From positions 33,480,933 to 33,544,932 of the forward strand of contig JASCQW010000122.1 of NCBI GenBank assembly GCA_030264375.1: DNA of 64,000 nt, given 5' to 3'. A program made the position numbers and the translations under genes. This stretch comes from Carcharhinus longimanus. Taxonomy: Eukaryota. Shown piece after piece: positions 1 through 12,290 of the stretch (position 1 is its first letter; each line of letters opens with the position of its first letter). The notes under the pieces are model-generated. The model saw only the letters and a list, made by a program, of their open reading frames with translations. It was not told the origin of the DNA and did no database searches.

Positions 1-89
1 AGACCCCGTTCTAATGTACTCTGCTTGTCATTTTTCATCCCTACTTCATAGGAGAATCACTCTTCTTGATATTGCTGAAAAAATATCTT

Positions 90-530
90 TTGTCCAAATC
101 AATTGTGATCCCATAATTCGACAACGTTTGCTGAATAATCCCCAGTGTGTCAAGAATTACACTGACAATAGGTACAGTGTGCCAGTGAGAACAGAGCCTT
201 GTTTTCCCCGATAGATAACATGTACATACATTGTACCTGTTTCAGCTAAAGAAAGTAAGTGACAACCATTTGCTAATTGATTCTCAGGACAATGCCCTGA
301 CCAATCAGAGTCAAGGAGCCTAATTGAAATTTCAAACAGTGCTCGGCAGTTAACTGTCAAGCACCATTGACTGGTGCATTCTCCATGGCAATGTCTCTAC
401 CAGAGTACAGTTGCCAATCAATCAAAATACTGTTCTCATACTTGTAAATTTGTTGGTTCCTTTGGATTTGTACTGTTGCAAAATGTCCTGATGAGTGCAA
501 GACAGAAAGCTTTGAGAAAAAACTACTTTT
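90..530 (+). mobile_element. Penelope-like retroelement 3' end (GIY-YIG C-terminal remnant plus terminal repeat)
   Basis: CDPIIRQRLLNNPQCVKNYTDN resembles the SAIxxHLxxN segment of PLE GIY-YIG endonucleases. It is followed by a 3' UTR ending in a hammerhead-like motif (CTGATGA at 488-494). Confidence 0.7.
484..518 (+). ncRNA. Degenerate minimal type I hammerhead ribozyme motif (Penelope-associated)
   Basis: tgtc-CTGATGA-gt gcaag ac-a-GAAA-gcttt-gaga. Shows core boxes, a tiny stem II and palindromic AAAGCTTT. The stem I partner is GAGA rather than GACA and there is an extra A before GAAA, so it is probably inactive. Confidence 0.55.
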
Positions 531-1199
531 TTCACCAATTGTAATGTTAAACTTCTACTGCAGTTGGATTCTTTCACTCAAAGCTGATCAGTACCAATGA
601 AGGATCCAACAAAATAGAGGCCATTGAAATGAGTAGTTCATGTAAGCTCATTCTTCCATTCAATAAAGAACAGCAATGGACCATTAACACTGCAGTTAGT
701 ACCCAGGTTGATCCTGTGTGTAACTAATGTCTTATTTTCATGCTTTCCATTGCTTTTAAGTATTGCTACTCTTGTGGTTTCAGCTGAGATTGGGGTAGAT
801 TGCTAATATGCGAGATGTCCGTGTTTTAGATCTTTAACGACCCTGTCAAAGACTGCCTCACCTGGGACAGACCCAGTCAATGATGCGGGAGGCAGTGTGT
901 GTTGTTCAGTCAGGGCTGGGCATGAGAAATGGGAGAACCTTGAGAAGAGTCACACAGCTATGAGCCCTTTCCCCATCTTTCTTCTCAGTGCCGACATGCG
1001 ATTTTCTGTCAACCAAGAGCAGGAGAGTACTCGGCCGCAAATGGAAAGTGGAATTGAACAACTAAAGTGAGGCTTTGATTAATATTGTGTCAGCTGGCAA
1101 CCAGAGTGTGCAGATGTGAGCTAGTATGCATTTGGTGGTCTGCCATGTCTGATTCTCCTGAGTTTCGCTNNNNNNNNNNTATTATCAGTGCAAATACTT

Positions 1200-2530
1200 G
1201 AGACATCATTGCATTTACAGTAAAGGTGGGCTCCTCCATTTTTTTATGCAAGGCTGTGCACTCCCCTCTGGAAATTGTGACAAAAGCACATAAATTGAAC
1301 ACTACTTCTCCACAAGTTCCTGTTCTGTGGATGACCCTCAAGGCTTAGCATCGATATTCGTCAGAGCAGAGTTTAAAGGGTCTTGCACCCTCTGACGTGG
1401 TTTTCTGCTGCTATCCCTGTATTCACCTGATTTTCTTGCATACGATATGCTCCTCACCATGTATCATCCTATTCTGTCTGCGATGCTGGACTCACTGAGG
1501 TGTCTGCATTTGCACTGGGAAGGGTGCACAAGGAGTCATGTGTCAGTACATTCTAAGAGCTGGTCCTCTTCTGAAGACTCCCTCAACTCCACCAGCACCA
1601 TCAATGTACCTGTGGGAAATGAAAGACATGAGGTGGTGCTGAACCTTGGTGCAATATGTTAGTAGAGTGCAATTCATGACATTTGACATATTGGTGACAT
1701 CCATTCAATGTAAGTGACATTTGAATGCCAAGTGGCCATGAGATGTCTGATTTTCGTCACCTGGGCCACCCCATCAGTCCATCCTGCTGCTATGCTGCCG
1801 ATCTCAAGTGCTAACTCCTATACCACGGGCAAGATGGCCATAGCTCCACTCTCAACCCATGGTTCTCTGGCTGTACCTGGAGTTGTGCCCCCCTTCAGCA
1901 ATGGGAAAAGGCAGAAGGTTAAAAGTGAATTGATGAGGATGGAGGGTAAACATTTGAGGAGAATGACAGGCTGAGGAATGGCAATGCAAAGACAATAGGA
2001 TGAGGGTGAGCATAAGTGCTGTCTGCACTGAGATGGAGATTTGAGGAGAATGCTGGACAGGAAAATGCAATGGAGGTAAGAAAGTGATGGTTGCCAGCTG
2101 GAAGTTGCAGGGTGCCCAGCTTGAGATGAGAGCACTTTTGCAGCAATTGATCCAGGCCCTTGTCACCATACTTTGGCTGCATGCAACAGGATTTCTTAAT
2201 GGCCTCATTGCCCTAGTCATCACTTCAAAGGGGTGAGTCTGTGAACCAGGGTTCTGCCATCCCATATTTTCCATCCATTTTGCAGGTCTTTGCTCCTTTC
2301 CACTGGATTGTGTGCTGCAATCATTGATGCCATTGAAAGTCTTGCTGGGATCCCTTTAAATGGAGATCCCTAATTGATGTTTTAGACACATCATCCCACC
2401 TTCTACGGTTGGTCAGGCAACTTGTGGGCGAGATTATAATGACATTACTCTGGGAAAGAGTACCCATAAGGCTCTCAAATTAGTTATTTGGGTTCCTGAC
2501 CCTAAAATGTTTTGTCATTCCATTAGGGAC
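1200..2530 (-). mobile_element. Decayed PIF/Harbinger element, Myb/SANT-like gene remnant
   Basis: The minus strand at about 2130-2274 reads, with a frameshift, ...GFTDSP.EVM.RA...SQSMVTRAWINCCK, resembling the PRFSDxxLEVL...RTWxQCRK Myb-like motif also seen at 6772 and 25330. Confidence 0.55.
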
Positions 2531-3185
2531 AAAGTTCACAAGATTCCACTCACTGAATTCAAGCAGCATAGCTTGAAATAGTTGTAAAAAATGTAAAGCA
2601 CTTCAATATTCTGTGTTAAATGGACAAGCTTTGTGAACTGCACATATGTTGTATAAACCCAGGAACTTCAGTGACAGACCTCTGTACACTTTGCATAATT
2701 GGAAGCAAAATGAAACTCAAGTGTACTGTGTGTGTAAAAGAGAGCAACACCAACAAATAATTAGGTCAATAATTTCACGCATAGCATGAAACAAATTAGA
2801 ATTTTTTCAATTTTAATTGGGCTGTTTACCTCAAAATTTGTACATTCCACATCTGGATTTTTGAACTTTGGTAACCTTGCATACCATAGTGGTAAGTTAA
2901 CTGTTTCAACCTTAAAGCATCATTTATAGCTATATCATGATTGGCTGCAAATTTTTCATTGCCACTATCAAACTTTTATTTTCAGGAAGTACACATTTCA
3001 AAAACAAATCGTGAAAAGCATTTTAAAAAAAATCAGCTTGTTTCTCCCAAGCAAAAAGCAATTTCTGCCTTGCTGAAGTGTCCTGATTTAATGAATGTAT
3101 ATTAATAAATCTTTGTAATTCCTTTCAGCAAGTTATCATTACTATTTAAACAAAATCTCAATAAAAATAACAATACTGTTGTTTT

Positions 3186-3341
3186 GGGCCTGGATTCTTC
3201 TCCCCCTCTCCTGTTGCTGGGTTTCTCGTAATGGAGGCGGCTCATCATTGGCTGCCAGCAGATGGGAAAGCCACTGCATGGGTTCACCTTCGGCGGGACT
3301 GGAATATCCTGCAGGTGGAAAGGGTTGCAAAATTCCTGCCC
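3186..3341. mobile_element. MITE with imperfect terminal inverted repeats (Harbinger-like non-autonomous element)
   Basis: GC-rich 156-bp island in AT-rich DNA; left end gggcctggattctt, right end aaaattcctgccc. Confidence 0.6.
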
Positions 3342-6300
3342 AAAGGTATTTTGCACATGTTTGTAAGGAAGGGGTTTGAATAGAAGAACGTACATCCGAC
3401 CAGATGACTAAATTCCTTATTTTCGTGAACAATGAGAGAAGTGTCTTTTTAAAATCTATTGACAAACTGTTATTGAAATTATGGAAACACTTATTTTTGT
3501 AACATGAATGTTTCATAAGAGTATTTTCTCTTGCTAGCGGCGCCGAAACAATTGGAGGTAATTTGCATGCTATGTGTCTTAAGAAGCTAATGAGCCACTT
3601 AGGCTGTATTAATATTTTGGCATTTTTTTAATTCAGCTATGGGGTGTGCTGCTATATCAGAGAGTGGCTCTGATAATAAAAAAATCTTGATTCAATAATT
3701 GAAGTTGCTCTGTAATGAACTGTAATGGAAAGATGTTTTGACTGATGAAGATGACACTAAAGTGTCCAGAAGATCAGCTAAGTGTGTTTATATCGCAAAG
3801 ATAGTGAATGCAGTGGCAGTGACCAGCGAACCTGAACTAAAGTGAGTCACAATGCTATGGACAGAGCATTATTGTCAAGTAGCTGCATGTAAGGCAAACT
3901 TATTATTGTTGAAGATGACACAGCAAAATTCATTAAATCTATTTTTGGAGGAATGACCAAGATAATATAAGTTTTGAAATTCTGTTTTTTTAGATTCGTT
4001 TTTAAATTCAACATAATTGACCATTTCCATGGGTGTGTACTTAATCCTTCTGTTCCAGAGACTGCTTTTCCTTTCTCCAGATGGTTTGATAAATTTGATT
4101 TGTGCCAAAATCCATTTTATATTATGATTTATATTATGATTTCATCAAGCACATTTCCAAGGGTGATTTCAAGTGGCCAGATTGGAATTTGAAGGCCTCG
4201 AATTGGGATTGGTGGACTTAGCATTTCATTAATACTGTGGCTTTGACTGTGACCATTATTGGAAGAACGTTCCCTTGAATGATTGGAACACCCCATTTCT
4301 TAGGAAGTAGGTCTATTGACGATGCAAATTGGGATGCTATGATACAGTTCAGACTCTTCTTGCTTCACCCATCTATCCTAGCATTGAGTAGCCTAATGAG
4401 TGTTTTAAAAACAACCCAGAGAAAGTTCTAGGTGATTTTGTGAACCTAGGAAGAACATAGTTGTTCTCCTAGTTCTACAAAAGTACTGGAAGTTGGTTGC
4501 TGACCCAGATTTGACTCTGCCTTTTTTAACATGGTTCCTCTTTTCCTCAAAATCCATAGAAACAATGTAGCTTGATTATTGCTCTCTGAAAAGTTGAGGC
4601 AGATCCTTATGTTTTAAACAGTTGAGATAGAAATTGGTTTAAAACATTCCTGAAAATGATTATGGTGAAGAAGACTTTTTTAAAAAACTGTCTACTTGAC
4701 TCAAAAAGAATCTGTCAAACAAATGTAATTTGTACCAGTCTTGAATATTTTTCTTTGAATTGGATGGCTTGGCCTCTGTCTTGGATGTCTAGCTCAGACA
4801 AAGTTGCTAATTGCTGCAACCATCATACCTAAATAAATTAGAACTTTTTTTCATGAGTGATGCCAGTTTTTACATATCATCAAAGATACCAATATCATAT
4901 TAAGTCTAGAATAAAATGGTTTATTTTTGGTTTCCAACTTTTTCCTTTAGTCCTGCTACTTCACACTCATTTACTGTTTGGCGGCAATAAAAAAAACTGT
5001 TTGTGTGCCTTAGGGGCAAGAACTATAGGATGAAAGATAATTAATGTACTAGGGATACACTTAAAGTCTATTATTGGAAAAGATTGTGAAATTAGAGATC
5101 AAGAAAATTCAAAAATGCAAGTGAATTTAAAATAAGTGATGCCTTGTCAGCCAAAGGGACATTATTGCACTTTGCTTTTATATCGTTTCACATTATTCAC
5201 CCTATGGGTTTAGCTATTCTGATACTAGAGTACAAAAGATGATTGATTGTATTCAATGCCATTTGAAACTTACTATACTGATAGAATGCCAATATTATAT
5301 AAAGTACATGGTTGTCAGGCATCAAATGCAGTACTAAAATGTTTCTCTAATCTTTACAATCAATAAAGCTTCCTTTGTGGTTCTGGCCATAATTCCTTTT
5401 TGGACTAGAGTTTTCTAGACCTCTCAAATTAACTCGATGATAATTTTCTGCTGTGATAATGAAATGACAAAGGTAATTGCACACTACATGTATATAGCTG
5501 AAAAAAAACAATAAAATTAATCTGAATTAACCTGACTTGTCGATGAGAAGTATTTATGATATGTAGCAAAGCAATAACGGAGGCTGATGTCATTATAGCA
5601 GGGATGCAAGTTATTGCTTTAATGTAATAGTGTTTGAATTTTTTTTAAGAAGGAGAGACAATGTTATGGTTTGCAAGTGATTGTGTTTTTGAAATTAAGT
5701 TGTAGAGATTCTGATAATGGCCAACAATAATGCATTGAGAATGCAATATCTTTTATTGTGTTATGCCTAATTGCATTATCCTGTATTTGCTGTGCCTCAT
5801 GTCAGCTTTGCAGAGACTGTAGTTAAAATGGTTTCACATTCTGGTTTCTGGCGAGTTTACTAGACAAGGCATGGAAATAATAAAGTTTGTATTAATAAGT
5901 AACTCAATATATTTCAGTAAATCTGCTCCTGTTCATAGCTGGTCTCAATGCTGCTCCTCATAAATCCCAACACTAATATTTAATTCAGTTGTTTATCCAG
6001 CACAGATCAGTTTCAAAGATGTAGGACCATAAGTTGTTTTCTCTACATACGGTAGCTATGCAAATATTTTGAACTGCCCATAGATAATGTGGGACATTAA
6101 TTATGACCCATCATTAAGTACTGTCAGTGTACTTCTGTTGAAATTAAATTACAGAAAGTATTTTGTATTAAAACTAATAAAATAATATTATGTATAAAAG
6201 CAGTAAGAACTGAACATTTTTTTACATTAACAAATCTTTGGGGGCTAAACTGATAGCACCTGAAATCAGACAGAGGTTGCAATGCACAATTACATTGCAT

Positions 6301-7347
6301 TGAACATGATTCAGGCAGCATACAAACTTTTTGCTATCTGGCTAATTAATAAGGGTTCTGGCATGTTGCCCAATGCTGAATAACTGCACGCCTCAGTGTG
6401 GGGCCCTAATTTATGCAAGGTTTGCACCGCCTAAAGCCTGCCTGCGCAACTTAAACCCAGACTGCACCTCTTAAAGGCAAGGCACATTCTAGCTGCAGTA
6501 GTGGCTGAAACTGCTTGAAAAACAGTGAAGACCAAGAAGAAGCAGCAAGTATGGCACAACAAGTCTCAAAGTGTGCCCTGAGGCTCTTTAGCTCCAATGA
6601 CGGAAGCCTTGGTGAAAGAGATGGACTGGAGGGGGGGGAGAGAGAGAGAGAGAGAAAGAGATTGATTTCCCTCAGGTGGCTAAATGGTCCTCCAGATATG
6701 TACTGAGAAGACAATAAGAATAGGTAGTCAAAGGGGCTAATGGCCGCCCTCCCCCCCCCCCCCCACCCAAATCCAGGACCTGGATACAGTGCCAAAAAAA
6801 GTTTAATGACCTCAGATGAGTGGTCAAGGTCAGCGAATGCACCCATGCATGCCATATCTTATCAGCCTCATTATGAGTCTCACGTACAGCTCCGTTCACC
6901 ATAGCCCTTTCACTCACCTACCACCAATCTCTACTAAACACAAATCAGCCCTCTCATTTACATGCTGTATCTCACCTTCAAGGAGTGTTAGAAGTCACAT
7001 CTCTCAGCAAAGTCCGCAGAGAGCGTAACCAGGCATCTCTTGCTTCCCCATTCCATCCTTCATGCCCAAACTTGCCCTTTACCTTTATGCTGTCAGACAC
7101 ACAACTGCTGGGTGGAGGAGGTGGTAAAGGAGGCTGAAAGTTCAGAAAGAAAAACAGACTGAAGACCACTATTGCTCAATCTGACACTTGCAACCATCAG
7201 CTCAGATACTGGCACAGTGTAAACTTTAGTTGGTAGAGGCAGGGTTTGAGTCATCCAGCAAACAGTGCAGGGGGGAAGGATAGTTCCTGTGCCAGCTGCC
7301 TGGAGGTTGACGTCACACATGAGTTCAGCTGCAGACGATTTGGATTC

Positions 7348-7525
7348 AGTAAAAAGTCTCACAACACCAAGTTAAAGTCCACCCAGAACCTTCTACTCAC
7401 CTGACGAAGGAACAGTGTTTCCGAAAGCTTGTGGGTTTACGATCAAATAAACTGGTTGGACTTTAACCTGGTGTTGTGAGACTTTTTACTATGTTTACCC
7501 CAGTCCAATGCCGGCATCTCCACAT
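7348..7525 (+). mobile_element. Penelope-like terminal repeat with 5' inversion, inserted in the Harbinger fossil
   Basis: 34-bp inverted arms 7348-7381 and 7457-7490 (33/34 match) enclose a hammerhead motif and AATAAA (7446-7451). It ends ...ccggcatctccacat. Related sequence occurs at 33750-33858 and 29421-29447. Confidence 0.75.
7395..7436 (+). ncRNA. Minimal type I hammerhead ribozyme
   Basis: Stem I actcac(7395-7400)/gtgggt(7431-7436); CTGACGA(7401-7407)+A; stem II ggaac/gtttcc; GAAA(7423-7426); palindromic AGCT stem III; NUH triplet CUU (7428-7430). Confidence 0.7.
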
Positions 7526-9469
7526 GAGGGTTTGGATATCCATGGAGCAGCAAAGGTTGATGGGTATGCACAATAAAATGCTGTGATTGGTAGACCTACT
7601 ATAGAGCTTATGGTCTCCCTCTTGGAGAAAGGAAGTGCCTGGCTGAAACATGGCACAGGGTTTCTCATTAAGTTTGGAGTCCATCCTTTCCTGTATGGAA
7701 GTGGTGGCCAACTCCACAACACCAACTGCTGATCCATCAATGGTGCAATGTCTGATGACTGATATGCCAGCTTCCATTGGAACACAAGCAGAAAACATGT
7801 AGTTTTGGGGTGCTGCATTGTCAGCTCAGACTGAAAATCTTAGTACACGGTCGTGCAAAACTAAGCTTGCTGCCGTTTGGTTCAGATTGCTGCCATCATG
7901 GCTCCAGGTGCCAGTGCTCAAAGCTTTCAGAATCCTGCTGAAGTCCAGTGATCTATGCTGACTGATGAGGCACCACCCTGGGGGAGTGATTGTAGCTCCG
8001 TGGAATCTGCTGTCTTTGCTCACGGTTAATAGTGTTTGTACTCCTAGCACTGACACTCCACCACCACGCCTACTGTTACCAGACAGTTAGTCACCCCAGA
8101 CCACTGTCATCCAAGATGGAGTAGTGCAGCCAGAAATCAAGCCTTCAACACCCAGAATTGCTTGAAGGCAGGCATTATGCTCATCTGCTGTCGTCCCAAC
8201 CCTCTACCAACCATGCTGCTGTGAGTAGCTGGTACTGTGAAAGACTAAAGGCTTCTTGTAAGTATTAGAATTTTCAGCCCAGACCAATGATCACAAAGAA
8301 GCTTACGACACATTGTTGTATATATTTACTCTATGGGTAGATGGCTCATAAAATCAAGAGACTGGAACTGGTTCTTTCTCATTATTTAGAATGGATAGAT
8401 CTTTGTATTAGTACTCTGTCCTAGTCTTGTGCTCCAAGATGATCATGATTACCTCCCAAAGAGGAGATGAACATGCAGGCAATAGTTCTAGTTGTTCCTT
8501 AATTTTGGAGTATTGCAAGTCAGTCCAGCTTTGTCATGGGATTATTTCAGAGTTACATGGATTTTGCTGCAATTTAGTCTTTTGACAATGGGAAATGCTC
8601 AATGTGTACCACTGTCACTGTGTGTATGACTTAAATGGCCCTCCAAACATGTGTATATGTGATGTGATTATGCTCCATTATGGAGAATTTAAAGTTTTGT
8701 TGCATTAAGGCCAATAGAGCAGAAGTGTTACCAGTGTGCATCAAAAATGAAATTCTGAAGGTTGAAAGATCTGATGAAGTAATATTTGCTAGTGAAATGT
8801 TGTTTGTGCATCTCATTTAAAAATCCACAACAGCGCATTGGTAAGTAACAGTAAATTACACAATGAATTATTTTGTAAGTTCAAGATATTTCCGCTTAGT
8901 TTTATTAGTCTGAGGTGAGTTTTGAGATTGTGAAATCTAAAATCTATGTTTTATTTTCACAAGGATCTATAGCAATTGGAAATAGTTTCAAATGTAACTA
9001 ATGTGAAAATTGTGGTAGTATTTTGGATAGTGTTCTGGACTGGCTCTATAAGCAATTTTTCCTGACTAACTCCTGTGAATCCTGTATTTTTCAGTTTAGA
9101 AATTCTTGTGAAAGTAAGCTGTACTATAAAATTTGATGCAATATAAAAACTACATTCAAAATCTTATAAAATACACAGTAAGGTCCTGCATCACATTGCA
9201 AGGCTGCTGGCCACTAAAATTTGTGTCAAGGCCAATGTTATATTTAATTTAAAATGCCACAAGCTAAATGCAAACTTTTATTCTGTAGATTATGCCATGC
9301 TTCTTACTATTTTCTAGTCAAACTGGTCATATAGGACAATTGGATGACTTGTTTTGTTCTTTCTTGTTAATTGCAGCAAAATAGTTTTCCATTTTGTAGT
9401 GTTTCCAATTGAACTGCATCCAATCCATTAACAGTGTCATGCAAGTATTGAAATTTTAGTGATTTTTTT

Positions 9470-9880
9470 TAACTTACTCTAGCCACTTCTCCTGAGGCAT
9501 TTACTCCTTGCTGGGGTACACTTCCATGGATGTCAGTTGCCTGCTGGTACCTCACTCATGTGGACATTATTCATATGCAAACGTTGACATTGAGTGACAG
9601 CAGGCTGCTTTTGCTTGTCCATTATGAGTACTACAGCTGAGACCAAACCTTTCACTGTTCGGCATCCAAATAAGTCCAAGTTCTATATGATTTGTTTCGA
9701 TGGCAATCGGGAGCAGGAACACGTGACACTTAGTTTTCTTCTTCCAATTCTAATCACAGGGTACTGAGGCCAATTGTAGTGTCACCAAAGCCACTCCCCA
9801 GCTGGACCCAGCTCATTTGACTAAAAATTGAATTTGGGACCTTCCTGGTTTGTATGGTTTAAACACTCAAGGGATAAATT
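9470..9880 (-). mobile_element. Old tRNA-derived SINE (unclassified)
   Basis: The minus strand starts with a tRNA-like head (ccatacaaaccaggaaggtcccaaattcaat). A T-rich stretch at the left end corresponds to the tail. Confidence 0.45.
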
Positions 9881-12014
9881 GTTGTATCAGGGATTGTGCC
9901 ATTGTTTTTTTTTTGAATGGAGATAGCAAAATTAACAGCGATACAATTGAAAATGTAGGAATCTGATTCAGTGAAAGGGTTTTCATTCTCATTAGCCTGG
10001 ATTTTCTGTTATAATGATGACCATGGTCAATAAACTGTCAATTTATGTGCAGTCATTCTATACTGAAACTGACAGCAATTTTGGGAGTTTACATACATGT
10101 ACAATGATAAAGAAATCCAAAAGTTGCTCTCAGTTTCTGCTCCTCTACCAAGTGTACTTTAGAGCCTCCCATTAAATGCTATTTCCTTGTAATCATGGTT
10201 TGATGAATACTTCCACTTCTATGCTCTTGCTCATATTATAAAAGTTATTAAAAAGTTTACACCTTATTAAATGAGATGTAACTGGGTTTTTATCAGCACA
10301 CTAATGATGTCTCTGAAAAGTTTATGTATGTGGAATGTCAAATTTCTACACAATGATAAAAAGGCACTTTGTTTCAATAAAGCTTGTTTATTTCCATTTT
10401 AGCTTCTGCCTCAACACAGCCATAGTCATTTATTTCATCATCTGAAAGTTTGAACTAAAAATGACAGTGGGTTTAACATCCTTGATGTTGGGTTTGAATA
10501 CTTAAATATGACTGGCTACTTACTTGCTTACCACATCACTGCATGTACGTGCCCAGACAATCCCTTGACTTGAGATGTTCCCCCTGCCACTGGGGAAAGG
10601 AAAAACCATGCCATGGAGATGGTGCTGTTTTTGTGGGGGTCTTTTCCACTGATTTTAAAATTCAGCCCATTGCATTTTGATTTTAAAGCAAATGTGTGAG
10701 GTTAGATTTGTAGGATTGAACTGGCAGTCAAAAAGAAATATTCTACATTTGCCACCTTTTTCAGAATCTCTGCAATGAAACCTAATCTGTAAATAGTATT
10801 TGACTTCTGGTGACAAATTGATGTTTAGTGAAGCCAAAATGGCTAATTTCTATGCTATTTTGTTTCAGCATGACGTGTTTTAACCTTTCTGTAATGTTTT
10901 TGAATTGCTAATCTATTAAATTGAATATTTGTTTGTAACTTAACTCTTGAGTTTAGATCATTCATATGTCTCATTTATTTTGGTGGTTTTCTGTTCTTAG
11001 CAACATTTAAAATTAATGAATAGTTGTCAGGTACTGTAAAATGCTGTTAGTCATGGCAGCACTAGTAGCAGCAAAAAATATTGATCTGATGTTATTGCTA
11101 ACGTAGTCTTGTGATGTTAGAGTTGAATTGTATATCTGAAGAGGATTAATAGGCCGAATGGTCCAGAGCATGAAAAGATCATCTGCTGCTTCCAGCCCAC
11201 TCCAACAGTCCATGTATCATTGACTTATTTCTCATTTACTCAGATAGTGGTTGAATGGTTTTATGCCATAATTTTGGAATTGGTGCATCCCATTCGGTAC
11301 AGTTATGCCAAGAGTTGAGTATAAAATAGGACTATGTAAAGTAGTGCTGAAACATGTGCTGATAATAAACTCACCAAGCAAAGCTGGTCCAGCACACACT
11401 AAGTGTATGCGCAGCAAGTGCCAAAAAGAGGAAATTTTCTAAGTAAACAAACCGTGGCTGCTCACCTTGCCATCATCATTTACATTTTAATGAATGGAAA
11501 GAGATGACTACTCCATCGGCTTTTCTCAATAATTAAAGTTATTACTGTTAATCTGTGTCCAGTAAGTAGCATTCTGTACATGCTTGAGTTTGTATGTGCA
11601 GAACTCTGCCTTTCCCAGTTTCACAATAATACGAGTGGTCAGAGTAAAAGTGGCTTCTTGCTCATAGTGCTGCAAAAAATTGAGTCCATATTGTTCCCTT
11701 TGGTGTAGTATAACAAGGGCATTAATGTGCATGTGTCTCTGTTGCTGATGTGAATGTGCTACATTATGCACTTGGCAGGTGATGGAGACATTTTGGTGAT
11801 AAATCAGTGATGTTATTACCAACGTACCGAGAAAACACCATATGTTGTGCCTTTGCTTCAGTGGTAATATTAACAACAGTGAGGTAACCCATCTAATGGA
11901 ATAGGAAACTGAAATTATGCTGTCCTAACATTTCTAAAGGGGTTTGATGTTGTCTTCATCCACTATTGATGTACTGAAAGAGATCCTATGGCATGGGATA
12001 TCGCACAGATTTGA

Positions 12015-12290
12015 GCAACAGCCAGCATAATCAAGAACCCGTGCGCCCCAGATATACTGTCTTCCATTGGGAAAAAGATACAAAAGTCTGAGGTCACATA
12101 GCAACTGAATCAAGAACAAGTTCTCTGCTGCCATCAGACTTCTGAATTGACCTACCTCATATTAAGTTGATCTTTCTCTATGCCCTAGCTATGACTGTAA
12201 CACTACATTTTGCACCCCCTCGTTTTCTTTTCCCCTATGTACTCTATGAATGGCATTCTTTGTATAACGTGCAAGAAACAAAATTTGGTT
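12015..12290 (+). mobile_element. Rex1/Babar LINE 3' fragment
   Basis: Reads ASIIKNP...LPLGKRYKSLRSHSN*IKN...AAIRLL, matching the LPSGRRYRS...RLKNSFFP.AIRLL C-terminus typical of this clade. Confidence 0.7.

Larger units (their letters stand above)
6350..8240 (+). mobile_element. Decayed PIF/Harbinger element, Myb/SANT-like DNA-binding gene remnant
   Basis: 6772-6828 reads SRTWIQCQKKFNDLR*VVK followed by a GT donor-like site, and EALVKEMDWR lies upstream. This is the typical Harbinger Myb-like domain, here disrupted by G/GA and poly-C runs and by an in-frame stop. Confidence 0.75.

Noticed and set aside
2971-3105. Acceptor-like ttttattttcag followed by a 39-codon open frame
   Set aside because: Ends in a stop with no donor and no similarity to MGMT or any protein I recognise.
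4000-4500. Faint resemblance of AFPFSRW and LFS*FYK..YW to nidovirus RdRp segments (AGFPFNKW, LFDRYFKYW)
   Set aside because: The motifs are in the wrong order and no polymerase catalytic motifs are visible; treated as coincidence.
8700-8846. Strong donor TTG|GTAAGT as a candidate MGMT exon 1
   Set aside because: The phase-0 frame needed to join 57430 has stops shortly upstream and no ATG after them.
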